NCBI RefSeq assembly: GCF_009914755.1
Contig: NC_060947.1
Source: the human T2T-CHM13v2.0 reference genome, Homo sapiens
DNA: 64,000 nt
Reading direction: 5' to 3' (one strand)
Shown here piece by piece: positions 41,701-55,300 of the stretch (its first letter is position 1; every line of letters starts with the position of its first letter). The translations under genes and the position numbers were made by a program. The notes beneath the pieces are model-generated. The model worked only from the letters and a program-made list of their open reading frames with translations. It did no database searches and was not told the origin of the DNA.

Positions 41701-44700
41701 GTGAAATCTTCAAAGAGGTCCACATATCCCCTTGCAGATTCCAAAGAAAGAGGGTTTCAAAACTGCTCCATCAAAAGGATTGTTCAACTCTGTGAGTTGA
41801 ATGCAGTCATCGCAGAAAACTTTCTGAGAATGCTTCTGTCTAGGTTTAATGTGAAGACATAGACGTTTCAAACGAAGGCTACAAACTGGTCAAAATATAC
41901 ACTTGCAGATTGTACTACAAGGGTGTTGCAAACCTGAACTATCAAAGGAAGTTTCAACTCTGTGAGTTGAATACAAACATCGCAAAGAATGCTCTGAGTT
42001 TGCTTCCGTTCAGTTATGGGAAGTTGATCCCGTTCCCAACGAAATCCTCAGAGAGGTCCAAATATCCCCTTGCAGATTCTACAAAACGTGTGTTTGGAAA
42101 CTGCTCCATCATAACGAATGTTCAGCTCCCTGAGTTAAACTCCATCGTCACAAAGAATTTTCTGAGAGTGCTACCGTCTAGTTTTTATATGAAGTTCTTT
42201 CCTTTACTACCACAGGCCTCAAAGCGGTCCAAATCTCCACTTGCAGATTCTACAAAAAGAGTGTCTGCAAACTGCTCTATCAAAAGGAATGTTCAACTCT
42301 GGGAGTTGAATGCAATCATCACAGAGCAGTTTCTGAGAATGCTTCTATGTCGTTTTTAGGAGAAGATATTTCCTTTTCCAACACAATCCTACAAGCCCGC
42401 TAAATATCCACTTGCACATTGTAGAAAAAGTGTGTCGAAGCTGCGCTATCAAAGGGAAAGTTCAACTCTGTGAGGTGAATGCAAACATCCCAAAGAAGTT
42501 TCTGAGAATGCTTCCGTTTAGCTTTTAGGTGAAGATTATCCCGTTTCCAACGAAATCTTCAAAGAGGTCCAAATATCCCCTTGCGGATCCCACAGAAAGA
42601 GTGTTTCGAAACTGCTGTTTCAAAAGGAATCTTCAACTCTGTGAGTTGAATGCAATCATCACAAAGAAGTTTCTGACAATGCTTCTCTCTCGTCTTTCTG
42701 TGAAGATAAAGGAAAAGGCTTTCAGGCCTTTTCCACCACAGGCCTGAAAGCGCTCCAAATGTCCACTTGCAGATTCTGCCAAAAGAATATTTCAAAACTG
42801 CTCTATGAAAAGCAATGTTAAACTCTGCGGCTCGAACACAAACATCACAAAGCAGTTTCTGAGAATGCTTCAGTTTAGTTTTTCTGTGGAAATATTCCCG
42901 TTTCCAAAGAAATCTTCAAAGAGGTCCACGTATCCACTTACAGATTCTACAAAAAGACAGTTTCAAAACTGCTCAATCAAAAGGAGGGTTCAACTGTGTG
43001 ACTTGAATGCAATCATCACTCAGAAGTTTCTGAGAATGCTTCTCTTTAGTTTTTACGTGAACATATACCCGTTTCGAACGAAGGCCACCCAGTGGTCCAA
43101 ATATCCACTTGCAGATTCTACAGAAAGAGTGTTTCGAACCTGAACTCTCAAAGGCAGGTTCATCTCTGCGAGTTAAATGCATTCATCATGAAGAACTTTC
43201 TCAGCGTGTTTGTGTTTAGTTATGGGAAATTATTCCCGTTCCCAACGAAATCCTCAGAGAGGTCCAAATGTCCACCTGCAGATTCTACCAAAAGTGTATT
43301 TGGAAACTGCTCCATCAACAGGCATGTTCAGCTCTGTGAGTGAAACTCCATCATCACAAAGAATATTCTGAGAATGCTTCCGTTTGCCTTTTATATGAAG
43401 TTCCTTCCTATACGACCGTAGGCCTCAAAGCAGTCCAAATCTCCATTTGCAGATTCTACAAAAAGAGTGATTCCAATCTGCTCTATCAATAGGATTGTTC
43501 AACTCCATGAGTTGAATGCCATCCTCACAAAGTCGTTTCTGAGAATGCTTCTATCTAGTTTTTATGTGAAGATATTTCCTTTTCCACCACAGGCCTCAAA
43601 GCCCTCCAAACGTCCACTTGCAGATTCTCGAAAAAGAGTGTTTCATAGCTGCTCTTTCAAAAGGAAAGTTCAACTCTGGGAGTTGAATACAAACATCACA
43701 AAGTAGTTTCCGAGAATGCTTCTGTTTAGTTCTTATGTGAAGATGATCCCGTTTCCAGTGAAATCTTCAAAGAGGTCCACATATCCCCTTGCAGATTCCA
43801 AAGAAAGAGGGTTTCAAAACTGCTCCATCAAAAGGATTGTTCAACTCTGTGAGTTGAATGCAGTCATCGCAGAAAACTTTCTGAGAATGCTTCTGTCTAG
43901 GTTTGATGTGAAGATATAGACGTTTCAAACGAAGGCTACAAAGTGGTCAAAATATACACTTGCAGATTCTACTACAAGGGTGTTGCAAACCTGAACTATC
44001 AAAGCAAGGTTCAACTCTGTGAGTTGAATACAAACATCGCAAAGAATGCTCTGAGTTTGCTTCCGTTCAGTTATGGGAAGTTGATCCCGTTCCCAACGAA
44101 ATCCTCAGAGAGGTCCAAATATCCCCTTGCAGATTCTACAAAACGTGTGTTTGGAAACTGCTCCATCATAACGAATGTTCAGCTCTCTGAGTTAAACTCC
44201 ATCGTCACAAAGAATTTTCTGAGAGTGCTACCGTCTAGTTTTTATATGAAGATCTTTCCTTTACTACCACAGGCCTCAAAGCAGTCCAAATCTCCACTTG
44301 CAGATTCTACAAAAAGAGTGTCTGCAAACTGCTCTATCAAAAGGAATGTTCAACTCTGGGAGTTGAATGCAATCATCACAGAGCAGTTTCTGAGAATGCT
44401 TCTATGTCGTTTTTAGGAGAAGATATTTCCTTTTCCAACACAGTCCTCCAAGCCAGCTAAATATCCACTTGCACATTGTAGAAAAAGTGTGTCGAAGCTG
44501 CGCTATCAAAGGGAAAGTTCAACTCTCTGAGGTGAATGCAAACATCCCAAAGAAGTTTCTGAGAATGCTTCCGTTTAGCTTTTAGGTGAAGATTATCCCG
44601 TTTCCAACGAAATCTTCACAGAGGTCCAAATATCCCCTTGCGGATCCCACAGAAAGAGTGTTTCGAAACTGCTGTTTCAAAAGGAATCTTCAACTCTGTG

Positions 44701-47700
44701 AGTTGAATGCAATCATCACAAAGAAGTTTCTGACAATGCTTCTCTCTCGTCTTTCTGTGAAGATAAAGGAAAAGGCTTTCAGGCCTTTGCCACCACAGGC
44801 CTGAAAGCGCTCCAAATGTCCACTTGCAGATTCTGCCAAAAGAATATTTCAAAACTGCTCTATGAAAAGCAATGTTAAACTCTGCGGCTCGAACACAAAC
44901 ATCACAAAGCAGTTTCTGAGAATGCTTCAGTTTAGTTTTTCTGTGGAAATATTCCCGTTTCCAAAGAAATCTTCAAAGAGGTCCACGTATCCACTTACAG
45001 ATTCTACAAAAAGACAGTTTCAAAACTGCTCAATCAAAAGGAGGGTTCAACTGTGTGACGTGAATGCAATCATCACTCAGAAGTTTCTGAGAATGCTTCT
45101 CTTTAGTTTTTACGTGAACATATACCCGTTTCGAACGAAGGCCACCCAGTGGTCCAAATATCCACTTGCAGATTCTACAGAAAGAGTGTTTCGAACCTGA
45201 ACTCTCAAAGGCAGGTTCATCTCTGCGAGTTAAATGCATTCGTCATGAAGAACTTTCTCAGCGTGTTTGTGTTTAGTTATGGGAAATTATTCCCGTTCCC
45301 AACGAAATCCTCAGAGAGGTCCAAATGTCCACCTGCAGATTCTACCAAAAGTGTATTTGGAAACTGCTCCATCAACAGGCATGTTCAGCTCTGTGAGTGA
45401 AACTCCATCATCACAAAGAATATTCTGAGAATGCTTCCGTTTGCCTTTTATATGAAGTTCCTTCCTATACGACCGTAGGCCTCAAAGCAGTCTAAATCTA
45501 CATTTGCAGATTCTACAAAAAGAGTGATTCCAATCTGCTCTATCAATAGGATTGTTCAACTACATGAGTTGAATGCCATCCTCACAAAGTCGTTTCTGAG
45601 AATGCTTCTATCTAGTTTTTATGTGAAGATATTTCCTTTTCCACCACAGGCCTCAAAGCCCTCCAAACGTCCACTTGCAGATTCTCGAAAAAGAGTGTTT
45701 CATAGCTGCTCTTTCAAAAGGAAAGTTCAACTCTGGGAGTTGAATACAAACATCACAAAGTAGTTTCAGAGAATGCTTCTGTTTAGTTCTTATGTGAAGA
45801 TGATCCCCTTTCCAGTGAAATCTCCAAAGAGGTCCACATATCCCCTTGCAGATTCCAAAGAAAGAGGGTTTCAAAACTGCTCCATCAAAAGGATTGTTCA
45901 ACTCTGTGAGTTGAATGCAGTCATCGCAGAAAACTTTCTGAGAATGCTTCTGTCTAGGTTTGATGTGAAGATATAGACGTTTCAAACGAAGGCTACAAAG
46001 TGGTCAAAATATACACTTGCAGATTCTACTACAAGGGTGTTGCAAACCTGAACTATCAAAGCAAGGTTCAACTCTGTGAGTTGAATACAAACATCGCAAA
46101 GAATGCTCTGAGTTTGCTTCCGTTCAGTTATGGGAAGTTGATCCCGTTCCCAACGAAATCCTCAGAGAGGTCCAAATATCCCCTTGCAGATTCTACAAAA
46201 CGTGTGTTTGGAAACTGCTCCATCATAACGAATGTTCAGCTCTCTGAGTTAAACTCCATCGTCCCAAAGAATTTTCTGAGAGTGCTACCGTCTAGTTTTT
46301 ATATGAAGTTCTTTCCTTTACTACCACAGGCCTCAAAGCGGTCCAAATCTCCACTTGCAGATTCTACAAAAAGAGTGTCTGCAAACTGCTCTATCAAAAG
46401 GAATGTTCAACTCTGGGAGTTGAATGCAATCATCACAGAGCAGTTTCTGAGAATGCTTCTATGTCGTTTTTAGGAGAAGATATTTCCTTTTCCAACACAG
46501 TCCTCCAAGCCCGCTAAATATCCACTTGCACATTGTAGAAAAAGTGTGTCGAAGCTGTGCTATCAAAGGGAAAGTTCAACTCTGTGAGGTGAATGCAAAC
46601 AACCCAAAGAAGTTTCTGAGAATGCTTCCGTTTAGCTTTTAGGTGAAGATTATCCCGTTTGCAACGAAATCTTCAAAGAGGTCCAAATATCCCCTTGCGG
46701 ATCCCACAGAAAGATTGTTTCGAAACTGCTGTTTCAAAAGGAATCTTCAACTCTGTGAGTTGAATGCAATCATCACAAAGAAGTTTCTGACAATGCTTCT
46801 CTCTCGTCTTTCTGTGAAGATAAAGGAAAAGGCTTTCAGGCCTTTTCCACCACAGGCCTGAAAGCGCTCCAAATGTCCACTTGCAGATTCTGCCAAAAGA
46901 ATATTTCAAAACTGCTCTATGAAAAGCAATGTTAAACTCTGCGACTCGAACACAAACATCACAAAGCAGTTTCTGAGAATGCTTCAGTTTAGTTTTTCTG
47001 TGGAAATATTCCCGTTTCCAAAGAAATCTTCAAAGAGGTCCACGTATCCACTTACAGATTCTACAAAAAGACAGTTTCAAAACTGCTCAATCAAAAGGAG
47101 GGTTCAACTGTGTGACTTGAATGCAATCATCACTCAGAAGTTTCTGAGAATGCTTCTCTTTAGTTTTTACGTGAACATATACCCGTTTCGAACGAAGGCC
47201 ACCCAGTGGTCCAAATATCCACTTGCAGATTCTACAGAAAGAGTGTTTCGAACCTGAACTCTCAAAGGCAGGTTCATCTCTGCGAGTTAAATGCATTCGT
47301 CATGAAGAACTTTCTCAGCGTGTTTGTGTTTAGTTATGGGAAATTATTCCCGTTCCCAACGAAATCCTCAGAGAGGTCCAAATGTCCACCTGCAGATTCT
47401 ACCAAAAGTGTATTTGGAAACTGCTCCATCAACAGGCATGTTCAGCTCTGTGAGTGAAACTCCATCATCACAAAGAATATTCTGAGAATGCTTCCGTTTG
47501 CCTTTTATATGAAGTTCCTTCCTATACGACCGTAGGCCTCAAAGCAGTCCAAATCTCCATTTGCAGATTCTACAAAAAGAGTGATTCCAATCTGCTCTAT
47601 CAATAGGATTGTTCAACTCCATGAGTTGAATGCCATCCTCACAAAGTCGTTTCTGAGAATGCTTCTATCTAGTTTTTATGTGAAGATATTTCCTTTTCCA

Positions 47701-49367
47701 CCACAGGCCTCAAAGCCCTCCAAACGTCCACTTGCAGATTCTCGAAAAAGAGTGTTTCATAGCTGCTCTTTCAAAAGGAAAGTTCAACTCTGGGAGTTGA
47801 ATACAAACATCACAAAGTAGTTTCCGAGAATGCTTCTGTTTAGTTCTTATGTGAAGATGATCCCGTTTCCAGTGAAATCTTCAAAGAGGTCCACATATCC
47901 CCTTGCAGATTCCAAAGAAAGAGGGTTTCAAAACTGCTCCATCAAAAGGATTGTTCAACTCTGTGAGTTGAATGCAGTCATCGCAGAAAACTTTCTGAGA
48001 ATGCTTCTGTCTAGGTTTAATGTGAAGACATAGACGTTTCAAACGAAGGCTACAAACTGGTCAAAATATGCACTTGCAGATTGTACTACAAGGGTGTTGC
48101 AAACCTGAACTATCAAAGGAAGTTTCAACTCTGTGAGTTGAATACAAACATCGCAAAGAATGCTCTGAGTTTGCTTCCGTTCAGTTATGGGAAGTTGATC
48201 CCGTTCCCAACGAAATCCTCAGAGAGGTCCAAATATCCCCTTGCAGATTCTACAAAACGTGTGTTTGGAAACTGCTCCATCATAACGAATGTTCAGCTCT
48301 CTGAGTTAAACTCCATCGTCCCAAAGAATTTTCTGAGAGTGCTACCGTCTAGTTTTTATATGAAGTTCTTTCCTTTACTACCACAGGCCTCAAAGCGGTC
48401 CAAATCTCCACTTGCAGATTCTAAAAAAAGAGTGTCTGCAAACTGCTCTATCAAAAGGAATGTTCAACTCTGGGAGTTGAATGCAATCATCACAGAGCAG
48501 TTTCTGAGAATGTTTCTATGTCGTTTTTAGGAGAAGATATTTCCTTTTCCAACACAGTCCTCCAAGCCCGCTAAATATCCACTTGCACATTGTAGAAAAA
48601 GTGTGTCGAAGCTGCGCTATCAAAGGGAAAGTTCAACTCTGTGAGGTGAATGCAAACATCCCAAAGAAGTTTCTGAGAATGCTTCCGTTTAGCTTTTAGG
48701 TGAAGATTATCCCGTTTCCAACGAAATCTTCAAAGAGGTCCAAATATCCCCTTGCGGATCCCACAGAAAGAGTGTTTCGAAACTGCTGTTTCAAAAGGAA
48801 TCTTCAACTCTGTGAGTTGAATGCAATCATCACAAAGAAGTTTCTGACAATGCTTCTCTCTCGTCTTTCTGTGAAGATAAAGGAAAAGGCTTTCAGGCCT
48901 TTTCCACCACAGGCCTGAAAGCGCTCCAAATGTCCACTTGCAGATTCTGCCAAAAGAATATTTCAAAACTGCTCTATGAAAAGCAATGTTAAACTCTGCG
49001 GCTCGAACACAAACATCACAAAGCAGTTTCTGAGAATGCTTCAGTTTAGTTTTTCTGTGGAAATATTCCCGTTTCCAAAGAAATCTTCAAAGAGGTCCAC
49101 GTATCCACTTACAGATTCTACAAAAAGACAGTTTCAAAACTGCTCAATCAAAAGGAGGGTTCAACTGTGTGACTTGAATGCAATCATCACTCAGAAGTTT
49201 CTGAGAATGCTTCTCTTTAGTTTTTACGTGAACATATACCCGTTTCGAACGAAGGCCACCCAGTGGTCCAAATATCCACTTGCAGATTCTACAGAAAGAG
49301 TGTTTCGAACCTGAACTCTCAAAGGCAGGTTCATCTCTGCGAGTTAAATGCATTCATCATGAAGAAC
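26741..49367. repeat. Four-HOR (8,228 bp) super-repeat block, ABCD-ABCD-AB(C/D)
   Basis: The variant-dependent 110 aa minus-strand ORF recurs at 29197, 37425, 45653. The FNVKT/149 aa pair recurs at 31625+33682, 39853+41910 and 48081. SQRS/PLPP/CDVN variants recur at 28130, 36358, 44586. Confidence 0.88.
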
Positions 49368-52300
49368 TTTCTCAGCGTGTTTGTGTTTAGTTATGGGAAA
49401 TTATTCCCGTTCCCAACGAAATCCTCAGAGAGGTCCAAATGTCCACCTGCAGATTCTACCAAAAGTGTATTTGGAAACTGCTCCATCAACAGGCATGTTC
49501 AGCTCTGTGAGTGAAACTCCATCATCACAAAGAATATTCTGAGAATGCTTCCGTTTGCCTTTTATATGAAGTTCCTTCCTATACGACCGTAGGCCTCAAA
49601 GCAGTCCAAATCTCCATTTGCAGATTCTACAAAAAGAGTGATTCCAATCTGCTCTATCAATAGGATTGTTCAACTCCATGAGTTGAATGCCATCCTCACA
49701 AAGTCGTTTCTGAGAATGCTTCTATCTAGTTTTTATGTGAAGATATTTCCTTTTCCACCACAGGCCTCAAAGCCCTCCAAACGTCCACTTGCAGATTCTC
49801 GAAAAAGAGTGTTTCATAGCTGCTCTTTCAAAAGGAAAGTTCAACTCTGGGAGTTGAATACAAACATCACAAAGTAGTTTCCGAGAATGCTTCTGTTTAG
49901 TTCTTATGTGAAGATGATCCCGTTTCCAGTGAAATCTTCAAAGAGGTCCACATATCCCCTTGCAGATTCCAAAGAAAGAGGGTTTCAAAACTGCTCCATC
50001 AAAAGGATTGTTCAACTCTGTGAGTTGAATGCAGTCATCGCAGAAAACTTTCTGAGAATGCTTCTGTCTAGGTTTGATGTGAAGATATAGACGTTTCAAA
50101 CGAAGGCTACAAAGTGGTCAAAATATACACTTGCAGATTCTACTACAAGGGTGTTGCAAACCTGAACTATCAAAGCAAGGTTCAACTCTGTGAGTTGAAT
50201 ACAAACATCGCAAAGAATGCTCTGAGTTTGCTTCCGTTCAGTTATGAGAAGTTGATCCCGTTCCCAACGAAATCCTCAGAGAGGTCCAAATATCCCCTTG
50301 CAGATTCTACAAAACGTGTGTTTGGAAACTGCTCCATCATAACGAATGTTCAGCTCTCTGAGTTAAACTCCATCGTCACAAAGAATTTTCTGAGAGTGCT
50401 ACCGTCTAGTTTTTATATGAAGATCTTTCCTTTACTACCACAGGCCTCAAAGCAGTCCAAATCTCCACTTGCAGATTCTACAAAAAGAGTGTCTGCAAAC
50501 TGCTCTATCAAAAGGAATGTTCAACTCTGGGAGTTGAATGCAATCATCACAGAGCAGTTTCTGAGAATGCTTCTATGTCGTTTTTAGGAGAAGATATTTC
50601 CTTTTCCAACACAGTCCTCCAAGCCCGCTAAATATCCACTTGCACATTGTAGAAAAAGTGTGTCGAAGCTGCGCTATCAAAGGGAAAGTTCAACTCTCTG
50701 AGGTGAATGCAAACATCCCAAAGAAGTTTCTGAGAATGCTTCCGTTTAGCTTTTAGGTGAAGATTATCCCGTTTCCAACGAAATCTTCACAGAGGTCCAA
50801 ATATCCCCTTGCGGATCCCACAGAAAGAGTGTTTCGAAACTGCTGTTTCAAAAGGAATCTTCAACTCTGTGAGTTGAATGCAATCATCACAAAGAAGTTT
50901 CTGACAATGCTTCTCTCTCGTCTTTCTGTGAAGATAAAGGAAAAGGCTTTCAGGCCTTTGCCACCACAGGCCTGAAAGCGCTCCAAATGTCCACTTGCAG
51001 ATTCTGCCAAAAGAATATTTCAAAACTGCTCTATGAAAAGCAATGTTAAACTCTGCGGCTCGAACACAAACATCACAAAGCAGTTTCTGAGAATGCTTCA
51101 GTTTAGTTTTTCTGTGGAAATATTCCCGTTTCCAAAGAAATCTTCAAAGAGGTCCACGTATCCACTTACAGATTCTACAAAAAGACAGTTTCAAAACTGC
51201 TCAATCAAAAGGAGGGTTCAACTGTGTGACGTGAATGCAATCATCACTCAGAAGTTTCTGAGAATGCTTCTCTTTAGTTTTTACGTGAACATATACCCGT
51301 TTCGAACGAAGGCCACCCAGTGGTCCAAATATCCACTTGCAGATTCTACAGAAAGAGTGTTTCGAACCTGAACTCTCAAAGGCAGGTTCATCTCTGCGAG
51401 TTAAATGCATTCGTCATGAAGAACTTTCTCAGCGTGTTTGTGTTTAGTTATGGGAAATTATTCCCGTTCCCAACGAAATCCTCAGAGAGGTCCAAATGTC
51501 CACCTGCAGATTCTACCAAAAGTGTATTTGGAAACTGCTCCATCAACAGGCATGTTCAGCTCTGTGAGTGAAACTCCATCATCACAAAGAATATTCTGAG
51601 AATGCTTCCGTTTGCCTTTTATATGAAGTTCCTTCCTATACGACCGTAGGCCTCAAAGCAGTCTAAATCTCCATTTGCAGATTCTACAAAAAGAGTGATT
51701 CCAATCTGCTCTATCAATAGGATTGTTCAACTACATGAGTTGAATGCCATCCTCACAAAGTCGTTTCTGAGAATGCTTCTATCTAGTTTTTATGTGAAGA
51801 TATTTCCTTTTCCACCACAGGCCTCAAAGCCCTCCAAACGTCCACTTGCAGATTCTCGAAAAAGAGTGTTTCATAGCTGCTCTTTCAAAAGGAAAGTTCA
51901 ACTCTGGGAGTTGAATACAAACATCACAAAGTAGTTTCAGAGAATGCTTCTGTTTAGTTCTTATGTGAAGATGATCCCCTTTCCAGTGAAATCTCCAAAG
52001 AGGTCCACATATCCCCTTGCAGATTCCAAAGAAAGAGGGTTTCAAAACTGCTCCATCAAAAGGATTGTTCAACTCTGTGAGTTGAATGCAGTCATCGCAG
52101 AAAACTTTCTGAGAATGCTTCTGTCTAGGTTTGATGTGAAGATATAGACGTTTCAAACGAAGGCTACAAAGTGGTCAAAATATACACTTGCAGATTCTAC
52201 TACAAGGGTGTTGCAAACCTGAACTATCAAAGCAAGGTTCAACTCTGTGAGTTGAATACAAACATCGCAAAGAATGCTCTGAGTTTGCTTCCGTTCAGTT

Positions 52301-55300
52301 ATGGGAAGTTGATCCCGTTCCCAACGAAATCCTCAGAGAGGTCCAAATATCCCCTTGCAGATTCTACAAAACGTGTGTTTGGAAACTGCTCCATCATAAC
52401 GAATGTTCAGCTCTCTGAGTTAAACTCCATCGTCACAAAGAATTTTCTGAGAGTGCTACCGTCTAGTTTTTATATGAAGATCTTTCCTTTACTACCACAG
52501 GCCTCAAAGCAGTCCAAATCTCCACTTGCAGATTCTACAAAAAGAGTGTCTGCAAACTGCTCTATCAAAAGGAATGTTCAACTCTGGGAGTTGAATGCAA
52601 TCATCACAGAGCAGTTTCTGAGAATGCTTCTATGTCGTTTTTAGGAGAAGATATTTCCTTTTCCAACACAGTCCTCCAAGCCCGCTAAATATCCACTTGC
52701 ACATTGTAGAAAAAGTGTGTCGAAGCTGCGCTATCAAAGGGAAAGTTCAACTCTCTGAGGTGAATGCAAACATCCCAAAGAAGTTTCTGAGAATGCTTCC
52801 GTTTAGCTTTTAGGTGAAGATTATCCCGTTTCCAACGAAATCTTCACAGAGGTCCAAATATCCCCTTGCGGATCCCACAGAAAGAGTGTTTCGAAACTGC
52901 TGTTTCAAAAGGAATCTTCAACTCTGTGAGTTGAATGCAATCATCACAAAGAAGTTTCTGACAATGCTTCTCTCTCGTCTTTCTGTGAAGATAAAGGAAA
53001 AGGCTTTCAGGCCTTTTCCACCACAGGCCTGAAAGCGCTCCAAATGTCCACTTGCAGATTCTGCCAAAAGAATATTTCAAAACTGCTCTATGAAAAGCAA
53101 TGTTAAACTCTGCGGCTCGAACACAAACATCACAAAGCAGTTTCTGAGAATGCTTCAGTTTAGTTTTTCTGTGGAAATATTCCCGTTTCCAAAGAAATCT
53201 TCAAAGAGGTCCACGTATCCACTTACAGATTCTACAAAAAGACAGTTTCAAAACTGCTCAATCAAAAGGAGGGTTCAACTGTGTGACTTGAATGCAATCA
53301 TCACTCAGAAGTTTCTGAGAATGCTTCTCTTTAGTTTTTACGTGAACATATACCCGTTTCGAACGAAGGCCACCCAGTGGTCCAAATATCCACTTGCAGA
53401 TTCTACAGAAAGAGTGTTTCGAACCTGAACTCTCAAAGGCAGGTTCATCTCTGCGAGTTAAATGCATTCATCATGAAGAACTTTCTCAGCGTGTTTGTGT
53501 TTAGTTATGGGAAATTATTCCCGTTCCCAACGAAATCCTCAGAGAGGTCCAAATGTCCACCTGCAGATTCTACCAAAAGTGTATTTGGAAACTGCTCCAT
53601 CAACAGGCATGTTCAGCTCTGTGAGTGAAACTCCATCATCACAAAGAATATTCTGAGAATGCTTCCGTTTGCCTTTTATATGAAGTTCCTTCCTATACGA
53701 CCGTAGGCCTCAAAGCAGTCCAAATCTCCATTTGCAGATTCTACAAAAAGAGTGATTCCAATCTGCTCTATCAATAGGATTGTTCAACTCCATGAGTTGA
53801 ATGCCATCCTCACAAAGTCGTTTCTGAGAATGCTTCTATCTAGTTTTTATGTGAAGATATTTCCTTTTCCACCACAGGCCTCAAAGCCCTCCAAACGTCC
53901 ACTTGCAGATTCTCGAAAAAGAGTGTTTCATAGCTGCTCTTTCAAAAGGAAAGTTCAACTCTGGGAGTTGAATACAAACATCACAAAGTAGTTTCCGAGA
54001 ATGCTTCTGTTTAGTTCTTATGTGAAGATGATCCCGTTTCCAGTGAAATCTTCAAAGAGGTCCACATATCCCCTTGCAGATTCCAAAGAAAGAGGGTTTC
54101 AAAACTGCTCCATCAAAAGGATTGTTCAACTCTGTGAGTTGAATGCAGTCATCGCAGAAAACTTTCTGAGAATGCTTCTGTCTAGGTTTGATGTGAAGAT
54201 ATAGACGTTTCAAACGAAGGCTACAAAGTGGTCAAAATATACACTTGCAGATTCTACTACAAGGGTGTTGCAAACCTGAACTATCAAAGCAAGGTTCAAC
54301 TCTGTGAGTTGAATACAAACATCGCAAAGAATGCTCTGAGTTTGCTTCCGTTCAGTTATGAGAAGTTGATCCCGTTCCCAACGAAATCCTCAGAGAGGTC
54401 CAAATATCCCCTTGCAGATTCTACAAAACGTGTGTTTGGAAACTGCTCCATCATAACGAATGTTCAGCTCTCTGAGTTAAACTCCATCGTCACAAAGAAT
54501 TTTCTGAGAGTGCTACCGTCTAGTTTTTATATGAAGATCTTTCCTTTACTACCACAGGCCTCAAAGCAGTCCAAATCTCCACTTGCAGATTCTACAAAAA
54601 GAGTGTCTGCAAACTGCTCTATCAAAAGGAATGTTCAACTCTGGGAGTTGAATGCAATCATCACAGAGCAGTTTCTGAGAATGCTTCTATGTCGTTTTTA
54701 GGAGAAGATATTTCCTTTTCCAACACAGTCCTCCAAGCCCGCTAAATATCCACTTGCACATTGTAGAAAAAGTGTGTCGAAGCTGCGCTATCAAAGGGAA
54801 AGTTCAACTCTCTGAGGTGAATGCAAACATCCCAAAGAAGTTTCTGAGAATGCTTCCGTTTAGCTTTTAGGTGAAGATTATCCCGTTTCCAACGAAATCT
54901 TCACAGAGGTCCAAATATCCCCTTGCGGATCCCACAGAAAGAGTGTTTCGAAACTGCTGTTTCAAAAGGAATCTTCAACTCTGTGAGTTGAATGCAATCA
55001 TCACAAAGAAGTTTCTGACAATGCTTCTCTCTCGTCTTTCTGTGAAGATAAAGGAAAAGGCTTTCAGGCCTTTGCCACCACAGGCCTGAAAGCGCTCCAA
55101 ATGTCCACTTGCAGATTCTGCCAAAAGAATATTTCAAAACTGCTCTATGAAAAGCAATGTTAAACTCTGCGGCTCGAACACAAACATCACAAAGCAGTTT
55201 CTGAGAATGCTTCAGTTTAGTTTTTCTGTGGAAATATTCCCGTTTCCAAAGAAATCTTCAAAGAGGTCCACGTATCCACTTACAGATTCTACAAAAAGAC

